From IMG/VR virus record IMGVR_UViG_3300012917_000001, positions 1 to 43,514 of that record: DNA of 43,514 nt; one strand, 5' to 3'. Made by a program: the position numbers and the translations under genes. The DNA is from a virus. The number at the start of each line of letters is the position of its first letter. Within the stretch, counting starts at the first letter, position 1. Below are positions 33,035-41,600 of the stretch, piece after piece. The notes below the pieces were generated by a model. The model saw nothing but the letters and a program-made list of their open reading frames with translations, was not told where the DNA came from and searched no databases.

Positions 33035-33417
33035 ATGCTGTATCTGTACCCGCAAAGCCGATTATCCCGTTTCATTGGGGCCTGCCCTCTGACAGTTCTG
33101 CTCGTAAGCAGCATCCTATTGTCACTGGCTTCCTTGATTACTTCCCTGCTACTGCCGCTGGCGTTGCCTTTGTCAGTTGGGCTGGTAATCAGAAGCACAA
33201 CCACGGCCAAGCGCTCCATTGGGCTCGTGGAAAGAGCACCGATCAGGAAGATTGTATTGGTAGGCATACTGTGGAACGAGGCGATGTTGAGTATCTCGAA
33301 ACGGCTGATGCAATCTATGAAATCCCGCATTCAATGGCGAGAGCATGGAGAGCATGCGCCGCAGCACAGCTAGAGGCAGAGGCTAACGGAGCGCCAGTGG
33401 CGCGAGGAGCGAAGTAA
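33031..33417 (+). CDS. DUF5664-like protein (resembles the N-terminal domain of dATP/dGTP diphosphohydrolases), 128 aa
   Basis: The FPATAAGVAFVSWAGNQKH...HW..GKS...CIGRH...IPHSMARAWRACAAAQLE pattern resembles that family. The assignment is tentative. Confidence 0.4.
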   Translation: MNAVSVPAKPIIPFHWGLPSDSSARKQHPIVTGFLDYFPATAAGVAFVSWAGNQKHNHGQALHWARGKSTDQEDCIGRHTVERGDVEYLETADAIYEIPHSMARAWRACAAAQLEAEANGAPVARGAK

Positions 33418-33836
33418 TGGGAATCAAGGCATATGTAGCGGGACCGATGAGCGGCATTCCGCAGTACAACATTCCGGCTTTTGACGCTGCCTCATGGGCA
33501 CTCAGGGCTGCTGGCTGGGACATTGTTAGTCCGGCTGAACTCGATCATCCCGAAGTCCGCGCTGCCTGCATGGCTAGCCCGGATGGAGGTAAGATCGGGC
33601 AGACTAATGGAATAGGTGGAACATGGGGTGACTTCCTAGCCCGTGACGTGAAGATCGTTGCGGATCAGGTAGATGCTATCGTTCTACTTCCCGGCTGGGA
33701 AAATAGCAAAGGGGCCAATCTGGAGGCATTCGTCGGAACATTGTGTAAGAAGACGTTTTATCTGTACAACGCAGGCAAGCCTATTCCGACTAATATAGAA
33801 TGGGTACGTGATAATATGAAGTATTTTCAAGGATAA
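33417..33836 (+). CDS. DUF4406 / nucleoside 2-deoxyribosyltransferase-like protein, 139 aa
   Basis: AYVAGPMSGIPQYNIPAFDAA...LPGWENSKGANLEAFVG matches the typical YxAGPMxG...GWxxSxGAxxE pattern. Confidence 0.5.
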   Translation: MGIKAYVAGPMSGIPQYNIPAFDAASWALRAAGWDIVSPAELDHPEVRAACMASPDGGKIGQTNGIGGTWGDFLARDVKIVADQVDAIVLLPGWENSKGANLEAFVGTLCKKTFYLYNAGKPIPTNIEWVRDNMKYFQG

Positions 33837-33838
33837 TA

Positions 33839-34615
33839 ATGAAACCTGTAATAGCGACTGTAGACATCGAAACCTCGCCCTACCATGTGTATACATGGGG
33901 GCTCTGGCAGCAGAACATTGGGTTAGATCAGATCACCGATGATCGCACGATACTGTCTGTAGGATACAAGCGACTAGGCGGCGAGTTTGAGTACAAGGAT
34001 ACCAGTGGGAAAGGGCCGAGTCGGGTTCGCGAGGACGGGGCGCTCTGCGCGTGGCTTGCTGATAAACTCAACGAAACGGACATCGTAGTGGCTCAGAACG
34101 GCGCGGACTTTGACGTTCGTGTGATTAACTCCCGCCTGATTGCCAACCGTATCAAGCCTTATTCCCCTATTCGTGTGGTGGATACCAAGAAAGTTGCTAA
34201 GAAGGTAGCGTCCTTTGCCAGCAATAGGTTGGAGTGGCTTGACCGCGTAGTGAACGGCGGAGAAGGTAAGGACAAGCATAAGCAGTTTCTGGGGCAGAAT
34301 CTTTGGACAGCCTGTCTGATGGATGTGCCCAGTGCTTGGAAGGTCATGAAGACGTACAACAAAAAGGATGTACTCAAGACGGAGAAGCTGTACCTCAACC
34401 TACTTCCGTGGATTGAGCACCATCCGAATGTGTCTGTCTACACTGGCAAGAAGTTCTCATGCCCGAATTGCGGTAGCACGAAGGTAGAAAAGCGCGGTGT
34501 ACACTATACGCAAGCATCTGCATATCAGCAGTATCATTGCACGAACTGCGGCAAGTGGCCGAGGGGCAAGACAATGCTTAGCGTATTAGACGAACGTAAA
34601 GGACGATTGACATGA
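33839..34615 (+). CDS. DEDD-type 3'-5' exonuclease (RNase-H-like) with a C-terminal Zn ribbon, 258 aa
   Basis: VDIETSP, VAQNGADFDVRVI, then CPNCGS...CTNCGKW. Confidence 0.6.
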   Translation: MKPVIATVDIETSPYHVYTWGLWQQNIGLDQITDDRTILSVGYKRLGGEFEYKDTSGKGPSRVREDGALCAWLADKLNETDIVVAQNGADFDVRVINSRLIANRIKPYSPIRVVDTKKVAKKVASFASNRLEWLDRVVNGGEGKDKHKQFLGQNLWTACLMDVPSAWKVMKTYNKKDVLKTEKLYLNLLPWIEHHPNVSVYTGKKFSCPNCGSTKVEKRGVHYTQASAYQQYHCTNCGKWPRGKTMLSVLDERKGRLT

Positions 34616-35268
34616 GTAGACTAGCGGCAACTCCCGGCGCAAGTATGGAAGATACATTGGCAACTGCGGAAGCTGTGCCGAGCGTAGAGGGTGTAGATAT
34701 CAATGACGGCTGGATCATAGACAAGACCCAACAGGTTGACTGCGGCAACGGGCTTATGAAGTATGTCATTGCCCTCCCTGGCGACCCCACTCCCTTCGAG
34801 TGTACACCATTCCAGATCGACATGCGCCGGGACATGATTAAGATATGGATGGGGGCAGTACGCAGCGCTATTGTCGAGAGGGCAGGGGCAGCGGCTGCCC
34901 TTACCCGCGAGGCTGCTCTGAAGGCCAAGCGAGAGAAGCAGATGGGCGGAGCTGGTATCCAGATAGCTGATGTTGTTCCGACTGCTGAGGAAGCTGCCCT
35001 GCTGGCGGGAGCAGTTCGCGCAAAGCCGGCCGATCCGGCTATAGCGGATAAGATCGTTCATCAGATGCGGGAAATGAAAAAGCCTCCCGAGGGGGAGGCT
35101 GATTTGGTAGAGGCTAGGAAGCAGTTGGCGATGACTAAGGCGAATATGGCCTACTGGAAGGCTATGGTTAAGGCTTTAGAACCCGCTCCGGTGAAAGCGG
35201 CCGAAGTCGTAATCCATACGGCTTCAACGACGCGCGCAGAAAAGCTGGCTCGTAAACTTCAAACTTGA
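34612..35268 (+). CDS. Hypothetical protein, 218 aa; last gene of the plus arm
   Basis: ATGA-coupled. Ala-rich helical C-terminus. Its 3' end overlaps a convergent minus-strand ORF by 101 nt. Confidence 0.6.
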   Translation: MSRLAATPGASMEDTLATAEAVPSVEGVDINDGWIIDKTQQVDCGNGLMKYVIALPGDPTPFECTPFQIDMRRDMIKIWMGAVRSAIVERAGAAAALTREAALKAKREKQMGGAGIQIADVVPTAEEAALLAGAVRAKPADPAIADKIVHQMREMKKPPEGEADLVEARKQLAMTKANMAYWKAMVKALEPAPVKAAEVVIHTASTTRAEKLARKLQT

Positions 35269-35626
35269 GCAATAGCCACATATAGATGGAGAACCACTCA
35301 TGGGTATGATGCGTACAGTTTTCACTGCCAAAAAGAACGTCGGCGATGTGGTGGGCCGACTCGTGCAGCACTACGACCGGATTCTTGTGGAACGCCACGA
35401 ATCCAATTGCTTTGTCTGTCGGGCTATATCCGCTGAGTCTAGCCTTGGCGGGCAGGAATCCGACCTTGGGAGGGCGGACCCTGTAGAAGCGACAAGCCTT
35501 GGCAACCCACCGCCGAACTGTTCCTGATAGCATCATGTCAAGGCCAGCTATGCGCTGTCCATCTTCCCAGTTGTAGACCTTATAGCACAAGGGATCTTTA
35601 TGACTATATTTATTCGTAGACGCCAC
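35168..35626 (-). CDS. Small HExxH protein (SprT/WLM-like putative metallopeptidase), 152 aa
   Basis: VVVLHESAHHIADVLFG motif. GTG start. Confidence 0.55.
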   Translation of the reverse strand: MASTNKYSHKDPLCYKVYNWEDGQRIAGLDMMLSGTVRRWVAKACRFYRVRPPKVGFLPAKARLSGYSPTDKAIGFVAFHKNPVVVLHESAHHIADVLFGSENCTHHTHEWFSIYMWLLLKFEVYEPAFLRASLKPYGLRLRPLSPERVLKP

Positions 35627-35953
35627 TTTTATCTCTCCAGATGGTGGAACTCACGATTCGGTATGTGGCTGCGCCGCCAGCCGTGGACGCGCATCTGCCA
35701 GAAGCAGCAGCAATACTACGGGGAACGTTTCCGCTCATGGCGCGCACAGCGCGAACCAGAGACTAACCTACCATTTCCATACAATAATGCTGTGCTGCTT
35801 AATGCCTTCGAGGAAAACAAGCGCATGGCAAAGCCAGATCGTGAGGCGTACTGGCGAGAGCAGCAGCGTATATTGGACTATAAGTATGCATATGCAAAGG
35901 TCAAACTACTGAAAGGATACCCATGGGCAGACTTCCTAACCCTGATTCCATAG
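35600..35953 (+). CDS. Possible plus-strand orphan gene inside the minus arm (96 aa from the ATG at 35663)
   Basis: It is the only open frame filling the 310-nt gap between the lysozyme and HExxH genes. It has a charged, protein-like composition but no clear SD. Confidence 0.3.
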   Translation: MTIFIRRRHFYLSRWWNSRFGMWLRRQPWTRICQKQQQYYGERFRSWRAQREPETNLPFPYNNAVLLNAFEENKRMAKPDREAYWREQQRILDYKYAYAKVKLLKGYPWADFLTLIP

Positions 35954-36388
35954 CGCACATTCTGCTTTTCTTCGGCGGTCTAGCCCTGCGAGAATTTTAC
36001 CACCAGCTACGTCCCAGCGCAATAGTTGCGTTGGTACGTCGTCTAATTTCCCGAGTAGTAGGTCTTTACGTAAAGTGGAAGACTGAAATTGACCAATACC
36101 CTCATTGTACACGAAATCCAGCAGGGCAGCTTGTCGGGCCGGTGACATGTCCACGATGCGGGAATACGAAGACACTAGCTCTTGATAGTGAACTAGCATA
36201 TCTAATCCAAGTTGGGAGTCTGCCTGTGATTGAGTCCAAACAAGCCCCTCGTGTACCTCTGGCCCAGTGTGACCCCAGCCTATTGTCCACACTCCCACAG
36301 CGTCCTGATACGCTTGAAGTTTACAGCCTTCGGCAATATGCAGAACTGGCAGCAAAGCTGCGATTACAGCAGAAGGGACAGGATTCAT
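35936..36388 (-). CDS. Endolysin, GH24 (T4-lysozyme-type) muramidase, 150 aa
   Basis: E-8-D-5-T catalytic triad in HIAEGCKLQAYQDAVGVWTIGWGHT. Mildly hydrophobic N-terminus (possibly SAR-like). Confidence 0.85.
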   Translation of the reverse strand: MNPVPSAVIAALLPVLHIAEGCKLQAYQDAVGVWTIGWGHTGPEVHEGLVWTQSQADSQLGLDMLVHYQELVSSYSRIVDMSPARQAALLDFVYNEGIGQFQSSTLRKDLLLGKLDDVPTQLLRWDVAGGKILAGLDRRRKAECALWNQG

Positions 36389-36819
36389 TAATGGTTACCG
36401 GCGACGCCGGCCTGCTTCTCGTAGGTCCGCAACCCGAAGCCGAGTCCGAGCATACCAGCTAAGGTGGTCTTCAGGATAGGATCGTTAAGAGTAGGGAAGT
36501 CTACGGGATGGCCGCACAGGGCAGCAGTCCAATTGACTATCGGACGGATAATGCAATCCAGCCCAAGGGCTGTGCCGCAGATCCAGCCGACATAGGGGCG
36601 CCATCCGGCTACGAACAAAGACGTGCTGGCCGCTTCTACCTTATTGATGTCGGTCTGCGCCGTAGTCACAGCTTGAAGCTGTATCAGTTCTTCCTGCAGC
36701 GCTCCCTGAGCCCCTAGCAGGTTAAGCTGTGCTTTTATTGCGTCTCTGGCGGCTACATCAGGTGTAACCTTATCTATGATCTTCAGTATTGGTGCTGCCA
36801 CCAAATCCCATATACCCAT
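36388..36819 (-). CDS. Holin, 3TM GTA-holin-like, 143 aa
   Basis: AVTTAQTDINKVEAASTSLFVAGWRPYVGW followed by hydrophobic segments resembles the GTA_holin_3TM family. TAATG-coupled to the endolysin. Confidence 0.55.
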   Translation of the reverse strand: MGIWDLVAAPILKIIDKVTPDVAARDAIKAQLNLLGAQGALQEELIQLQAVTTAQTDINKVEAASTSLFVAGWRPYVGWICGTALGLDCIIRPIVNWTAALCGHPVDFPTLNDPILKTTLAGMLGLGFGLRTYEKQAGVAGNH

Positions 36820-36820
36820 G

Positions 36821-37666
36821 TTACTCTCCCTCTATTGCGTGCCATGTCTTACGAGCTACGGCGTAGCGTATTGACCATTTAGCCATTGTCTTTGCTTCAT
36901 CCAGAATCGGCTTCAGGAAGGCGCCAGTAGCAGCCACAGCTCTGCCGATAGCCGGGTAGATGGTAGGAGGAACGGCTGTTCCCATTGCCTGCGCCGCCCT
37001 ATTAGCAGCGCCAGTTAGCCCCGCCCCTGCTGTTACAGCCGCGGTAGTTCCGCCTATAAGGCTACCGGCTTGCGCAGTTACCGGATTGGCTGTATCCCGG
37101 CTCTTGCGCAACTGACCATATTCTGACGCGAGCTGATCCCACGACTTATTGGAGCCCATGCTATCTAGCACAGTGGACATGTGATCTTTCACATTGTCGT
37201 TCAGGAAGAACAAAGCTGCCCGGTTGATATTGTCTCCCAAGGTAGTCTTTATGCCTTCCTGCTTTAGATGGGCCTGCACGAGAGCCCTAGCAGTATCCTC
37301 AGACATCAGATGCCGTAGAGGAGATTTAGAATAATCAAAGGCTTGGGCTTCTTTAGCAGTTTTCTCGTCATATGTAAAATTGACAGGTGGCTGCGGAACA
37401 GGGGCTTCCCCCGGCCGCTGTATAAGGCCATGGGTCTGATCGACTGGTAGGGAGGTCTCGTCAATGGTATCCCCGACCTTATAGGAAGCCCTAGGAGCGG
37501 CGACAGGCCCCCCCGCCGGGGCAGTATCAGATGCCTGTGCCGGAGGCTCTGGCGGCCTTCCTATTGCGCCTTTCGGGTTATCCGGAGTCGCAGAAGCAGG
37601 CTCACCGAGCTTAGCCGCCTCTACATGCTCAGGATCAGGGATAGCGTCGCCTACCTTGAAAGCCAT
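36821..37666 (-). CDS. Internal virion / ejection-type protein with a hydrophobic Gly/Ala-rich C-terminal half, 281 aa
   Basis: Track ORF lying between the ejection-protein-like genes and the holin. Confidence 0.5.
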   Translation of the reverse strand: MAFKVGDAIPDPEHVEAAKLGEPASATPDNPKGAIGRPPEPPAQASDTAPAGGPVAAPRASYKVGDTIDETSLPVDQTHGLIQRPGEAPVPQPPVNFTYDEKTAKEAQAFDYSKSPLRHLMSEDTARALVQAHLKQEGIKTTLGDNINRAALFFLNDNVKDHMSTVLDSMGSNKSWDQLASEYGQLRKSRDTANPVTAQAGSLIGGTTAAVTAGAGLTGAANRAAQAMGTAVPPTIYPAIGRAVAATGAFLKPILDEAKTMAKWSIRYAVARKTWHAIEGE

Positions 37667-39222
37667 TAATGCACCCTTGTAACAATCTTCTTGCCGCCGC
37701 GTATTACATAATCAAGAGTCTGTCCGTTCTGGGTAACGGTACCTGTAGTACCTTCGCCCGGAGCAGAGGCGATCTGGGAAGCCTCACTACGAGCCGGCGT
37801 CTTACCGCCCTGTGACTTCTCTGCCCATGCCTTAGCTTCTGGGGTCACCTTACCGACATTGGTTTCATCGCCATACCAGTATTTATCCAGTAGAGCCTTG
37901 TCCCACGTATCGCCGTTGCCTTTACGAAGGCCACTAGCCCATTCACGGTGATAGCCTTCGAGCTGGCCGGAGGCGAGGTTCTGCCACGAATCAATGACGC
38001 TGTTATACTGCGCAGGAGACGAGGTTTTATTCGTCTTCTTCTGAGCTGATATACGATCTGTCAAGGCAGTGCCGTTCTTAGCGCCGATAATAGCGCTAGA
38101 CGCTTCGTCAGCGAGGAACTCATTAACCGAATCTACGGTTATAGGGCCGCTTTCACCAGTCATAGCCTGCCAGCGATTAGTAATAGCGTTGAGCAGCGGA
38201 ATCTTTCCCTTATCGAATTCCGATTCCTTTAGCGTGGCAAAGTATTGCCGCGCCAATTCCGCGTGGGTCATCATAACGCCAAAGCGCCGAATATTGTCTG
38301 CCTGAGTGCCTTCATTGAAAGCCCGCTGATGCGTCAGATTGTTCTGATAGACTTCGCGATGGATAGAACCGGGGTCCATGCCATCGGCACTAATCTGATC
38401 GGCCAGGCGATTGTAGTTCAGCATCAATACAGGATTGCGGCCGGCCGGAGGCGTCGGTAGCTGCTCTAGGCCATTTTCTACGCGCTCCGCCTGCGCCTTA
38501 ACCGCCTCTGGCGACTGCACAGATAGCATCTGCAAATCCTGCATCTGCTTAGCGCGGATAGCCTGAGCTAACGTGCGGTTCTCATTAGACATGAACTTAT
38601 TGTAGTCGGACTGCTTCATAAACGTCAGGTCGGGCGTCCCTCCAGCCTTCTGCATTTCCCCGCGGATATCGTTGCTCCAACCTGTCCGCGAGGTACCATC
38701 ATCATTGAACATCGTCACAGGAGCGCCTACCCGTTCCATGGTGTCAAGGCCATATTGATCTTTCTTATTACGAACCACGATCATAGGATCGGCAGCAGCT
38801 TCAGCAGTCTGCATCTTCGCCTTAGTCGTTTCTGCCTTCTGGTATTCCGTAGTAGCATTCAGCTTAGCCTGCTCGGCCTTGGCATTCTGTAAGCGGATTA
38901 CTTGTTGATCGGCATTCATGCTAATGCGGGGATCGGCGTTAGCAAACCCTCTGGAGACAGCCCTAGCTTGCCGCATCTGGAAGTCTAGAGGATCTTCATC
39001 ATCTTTGGCTTCCCCAGTAGTCTGAAGAATTTGTGCCATGCGCGTCTGAACAAACCTAGCTCTATTAAGGTCTGAGTTGCCGCCAGCAGCGGCTAATCCT
39101 TGCTGGATGCCACCAGCAACACCAGTTTGCTGATTCTTCTGCGTCATATCCTGAAATAGTTGCGTGGGATCTTGCGTCCCATATGGATTACTTTGATATG
39201 CGCTGTCGTCTTGCTGTGCCAT
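37666..39222 (-). CDS. Internal virion protein, 518 aa
   Basis: Track ORF; Q/A/K-rich helical protein downstream of the Gly-rich protein. TAATG-coupled. Confidence 0.55.
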   Translation of the reverse strand: MAQQDDSAYQSNPYGTQDPTQLFQDMTQKNQQTGVAGGIQQGLAAAGGNSDLNRARFVQTRMAQILQTTGEAKDDEDPLDFQMRQARAVSRGFANADPRISMNADQQVIRLQNAKAEQAKLNATTEYQKAETTKAKMQTAEAAADPMIVVRNKKDQYGLDTMERVGAPVTMFNDDGTSRTGWSNDIRGEMQKAGGTPDLTFMKQSDYNKFMSNENRTLAQAIRAKQMQDLQMLSVQSPEAVKAQAERVENGLEQLPTPPAGRNPVLMLNYNRLADQISADGMDPGSIHREVYQNNLTHQRAFNEGTQADNIRRFGVMMTHAELARQYFATLKESEFDKGKIPLLNAITNRWQAMTGESGPITVDSVNEFLADEASSAIIGAKNGTALTDRISAQKKTNKTSSPAQYNSVIDSWQNLASGQLEGYHREWASGLRKGNGDTWDKALLDKYWYGDETNVGKVTPEAKAWAEKSQGGKTPARSEASQIASAPGEGTTGTVTQNGQTLDYVIRGGKKIVTRVH

Positions 39223-39224
39223 AG

Positions 39225-41405
39225 TTATCCCATTATGTTCCCGTTACCCGGTGCGGCAGCAATAGGAGGAGGAGCTGCATAAGTCCCCCCTCCCGGTGCC
39301 TGTAACCCGCTAATAGTCTGCCCGTTTACGCCAACTTGGCTATAAGCAGTCAGATTACCTTTCTCCCACGAACTCATTAGAGACTGTAGATCACCAACTA
39401 GAGCTTGGCCTTCGTTAGCCCCTGTTGAAGTCTTAGCATTTGGATCAATCGTAGCGCCTTTACTAGCAAGCCACGGATAAATCTGCTGATTCCATTGCTC
39501 AGCAATGGATTCTCCAGGTGTAATAGTCCCAGATTTCAAATCTTGATTAAGTTGCCCCGTAAGGGCTGTCATCAGGTTATTCTCGCCCATGCGCCCGAAT
39601 ACCTGCTCAATGGGCTCACTATGACCCGGTGTATTGTTCTTAGCATCCATGACGCCAGCAAGGTTCTGATATGCCTGCGAAGGGCTCAGACTTTGCATCA
39701 TGGCAGATTGCGTAGCCGGATTGGCCTTATCATATGCTGCGGCATAGTTGTTCCATCCGCCAGTCTCTAGGTCGGGCCTACCTCCACCGAATGCACTAGA
39801 TAGTGCCCCAACAGCTCCACCGATAACGGCTCCGGCGACTGTGCCTACTGGGCCGAACATGCTACCCCATGCAGCCCCGGCTTCTGCCCCCTGAATGGCA
39901 TCACTGCCAGTATTGCCTGATTGCCAATTCTTGATCGCACTATATGTGCTAAGCACTGCGCTCGCCGGCCCAAGGGCCGGGATGCTAGTAGCCCCAGACA
40001 TATTAGCTAGCTTACCTGCATCTATAGCGGCCGTGCCGTATCCCATGACGCCGCCTTTCTGTATCCCTTGATACATGCCCATAGCAGCGTTACCGACGTT
40101 CATAGCACTTCCAAGCATATTAGTTATGCCCGGACCTGATCCTGCTGCCTGTGTAGCGGAACCAGTAGCGGCTTGCCCGCCAGCCCCCTTAAAACCTAGA
40201 CTCGGATCTACAGCACCATAGTCAGACATGCTATAACCCTGGCTCATATCAGGCGCCCCGTAATTGCTCATGCTGAATCCGTTGCTCATGTCACCTGTAG
40301 CGCCCGGATTCTGCGTGCTGCCGCCCATCGTATCGAATCCTGTACCGCTAGAAGGAGGACCAGTCATGGCATTGTAAAGCGAGCGGCCTCCGTTAATCAG
40401 ATTGCCGATAGTGCCAAGTGAATTGCCGCCCGGCCCGGCGTTAGCGCCCATGCCATTAGATAATCCCGTAGCTAGTCCGCCCATTCCGCCGCCAGCGGCG
40501 CCTAAAGCCCCGCCGCGTCCGGCCACAGCCCCTATCATGCCACCCATGGCATTTGTAGCACCGATTTGCTGATTTCCGTATAGACCACTGTAGGCTAGAG
40601 GATTCTGGGCGAGCGCATTCTGCGCGCCGATCATGCCCAATCCAGTATTGGTAGCTCCCTGACTCATCCCGGACAGAGCACTCGCACCTTGTAGGTTACT
40701 GTTGAAGAAGTTAAGCCCTTGATTCTGTGCAGCAGTAATAGCGTTCAGATCCTGCTGTGCGAATCCTGCACCAAGGCTCTGAGTCGTTAGATTAACAGGG
40801 TTTCCGCCAGCACCCATCTGCCCGAAGCTGCCACTGCCCATCTGTCCCCGCTGGAACAGGGCGTTGTTATTAGCAGACAGGAGATTGCCCTGCATCTGCT
40901 GCAACTGCGGCATAATGCTGGCAAGAGCCGACTGATAGGCTCCAGTTGCGCCTCCGGCTGCTGTATTAGCTAGTCCTTGGCTCTGCCCTAGGAAACCTCC
41001 CGCGGCTCCGGCGTAATTGCCGTACATCGGATTCATGGCCCCTAATGACGAGTTAATGGAACCCGGCCCCCCATTGGTGGGAGAGGACACCGAGAAGCCG
41101 GTTCCACCAACCCCACTGCTTTGAAACAGCGAAGGGTTGTACGCGCCGCTAGCCATACCATATCCGGTATTACCAGCGTTAAGAGTATTCTGCCCTTGCT
41201 GGGCGTTGCTATAAGCGCCGTATAATCCGGCACCTGTGCCTAGCACATTGCCGAGGGAATTACCAATTGAGCCCCAATCTATACCAGTGCCGCCACTAGG
41301 AGATCCGCCTTGCCCAAATGGATTGGCAAACCCAGCTCCAGCCGGCTGGTAACCAGTCTGAGGCGCTGTCATCTGCGGGGAAGGATCATTGCCAAATACA
41401 CCCAT
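39225..41405 (-). CDS. Gly/Ala/Asn/Ser/Met/Gln-rich low-complexity internal virion (ejection) protein, 726 aa
   Basis: Track ORF. The N-terminal ~540 aa are almost free of charged residues. The C-terminal ~180 aa look globular. Confidence 0.55.
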   Translation of the reverse strand: MGVFGNDPSPQMTAPQTGYQPAGAGFANPFGQGGSPSGGTGIDWGSIGNSLGNVLGTGAGLYGAYSNAQQGQNTLNAGNTGYGMASGAYNPSLFQSSGVGGTGFSVSSPTNGGPGSINSSLGAMNPMYGNYAGAAGGFLGQSQGLANTAAGGATGAYQSALASIMPQLQQMQGNLLSANNNALFQRGQMGSGSFGQMGAGGNPVNLTTQSLGAGFAQQDLNAITAAQNQGLNFFNSNLQGASALSGMSQGATNTGLGMIGAQNALAQNPLAYSGLYGNQQIGATNAMGGMIGAVAGRGGALGAAGGGMGGLATGLSNGMGANAGPGGNSLGTIGNLINGGRSLYNAMTGPPSSGTGFDTMGGSTQNPGATGDMSNGFSMSNYGAPDMSQGYSMSDYGAVDPSLGFKGAGGQAATGSATQAAGSGPGITNMLGSAMNVGNAAMGMYQGIQKGGVMGYGTAAIDAGKLANMSGATSIPALGPASAVLSTYSAIKNWQSGNTGSDAIQGAEAGAAWGSMFGPVGTVAGAVIGGAVGALSSAFGGGRPDLETGGWNNYAAAYDKANPATQSAMMQSLSPSQAYQNLAGVMDAKNNTPGHSEPIEQVFGRMGENNLMTALTGQLNQDLKSGTITPGESIAEQWNQQIYPWLASKGATIDPNAKTSTGANEGQALVGDLQSLMSSWEKGNLTAYSQVGVNGQTISGLQAPGGGTYAAPPPIAAAPGNGNIMG

Positions 41406-41408
41406 ATT

Positions 41409-41588
41409 TTACTTCTTATTCCGAAACTTATAATAGATCGTAACTGCTGCTACCACGAGCGTAGCAATATAGGATAGGCTAGCAAGCCATCCTTGCGCTC
41501 CAGCAAGCCGCTCTAAGACATTCGATACAGCCAGCAGTCCGCCCACCCCAACTGCCGCCATGTCTGTATGATGATATTGCATTGACAT
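41409..41588 (-). CDS. Two-TM micro-membrane protein, 59 aa (below the track cut-off)
   Basis: Hand-translated as MSMQYHHTDMAAVGVGGLLAVSNVLERLAGAQGWLASLSYIATLVVAAVTIYYKFRNKK. Its stop lies 3 nt before the next start. Confidence 0.5.
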   Translation of the reverse strand: MSMQYHHTDMAAVGVGGLLAVSNVLERLAGAQGWLASLSYIATLVVAAVTIYYKFRNKK

Positions 41589-41600
41589 AGATATTCTCTT

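Noticed and set aside
35923-36462. 179-aa plus ORF antisense to the endolysin
   Set aside because: The minus frame carries an unambiguous GH24 catalytic motif, and the plus ORF has no recognisable features.
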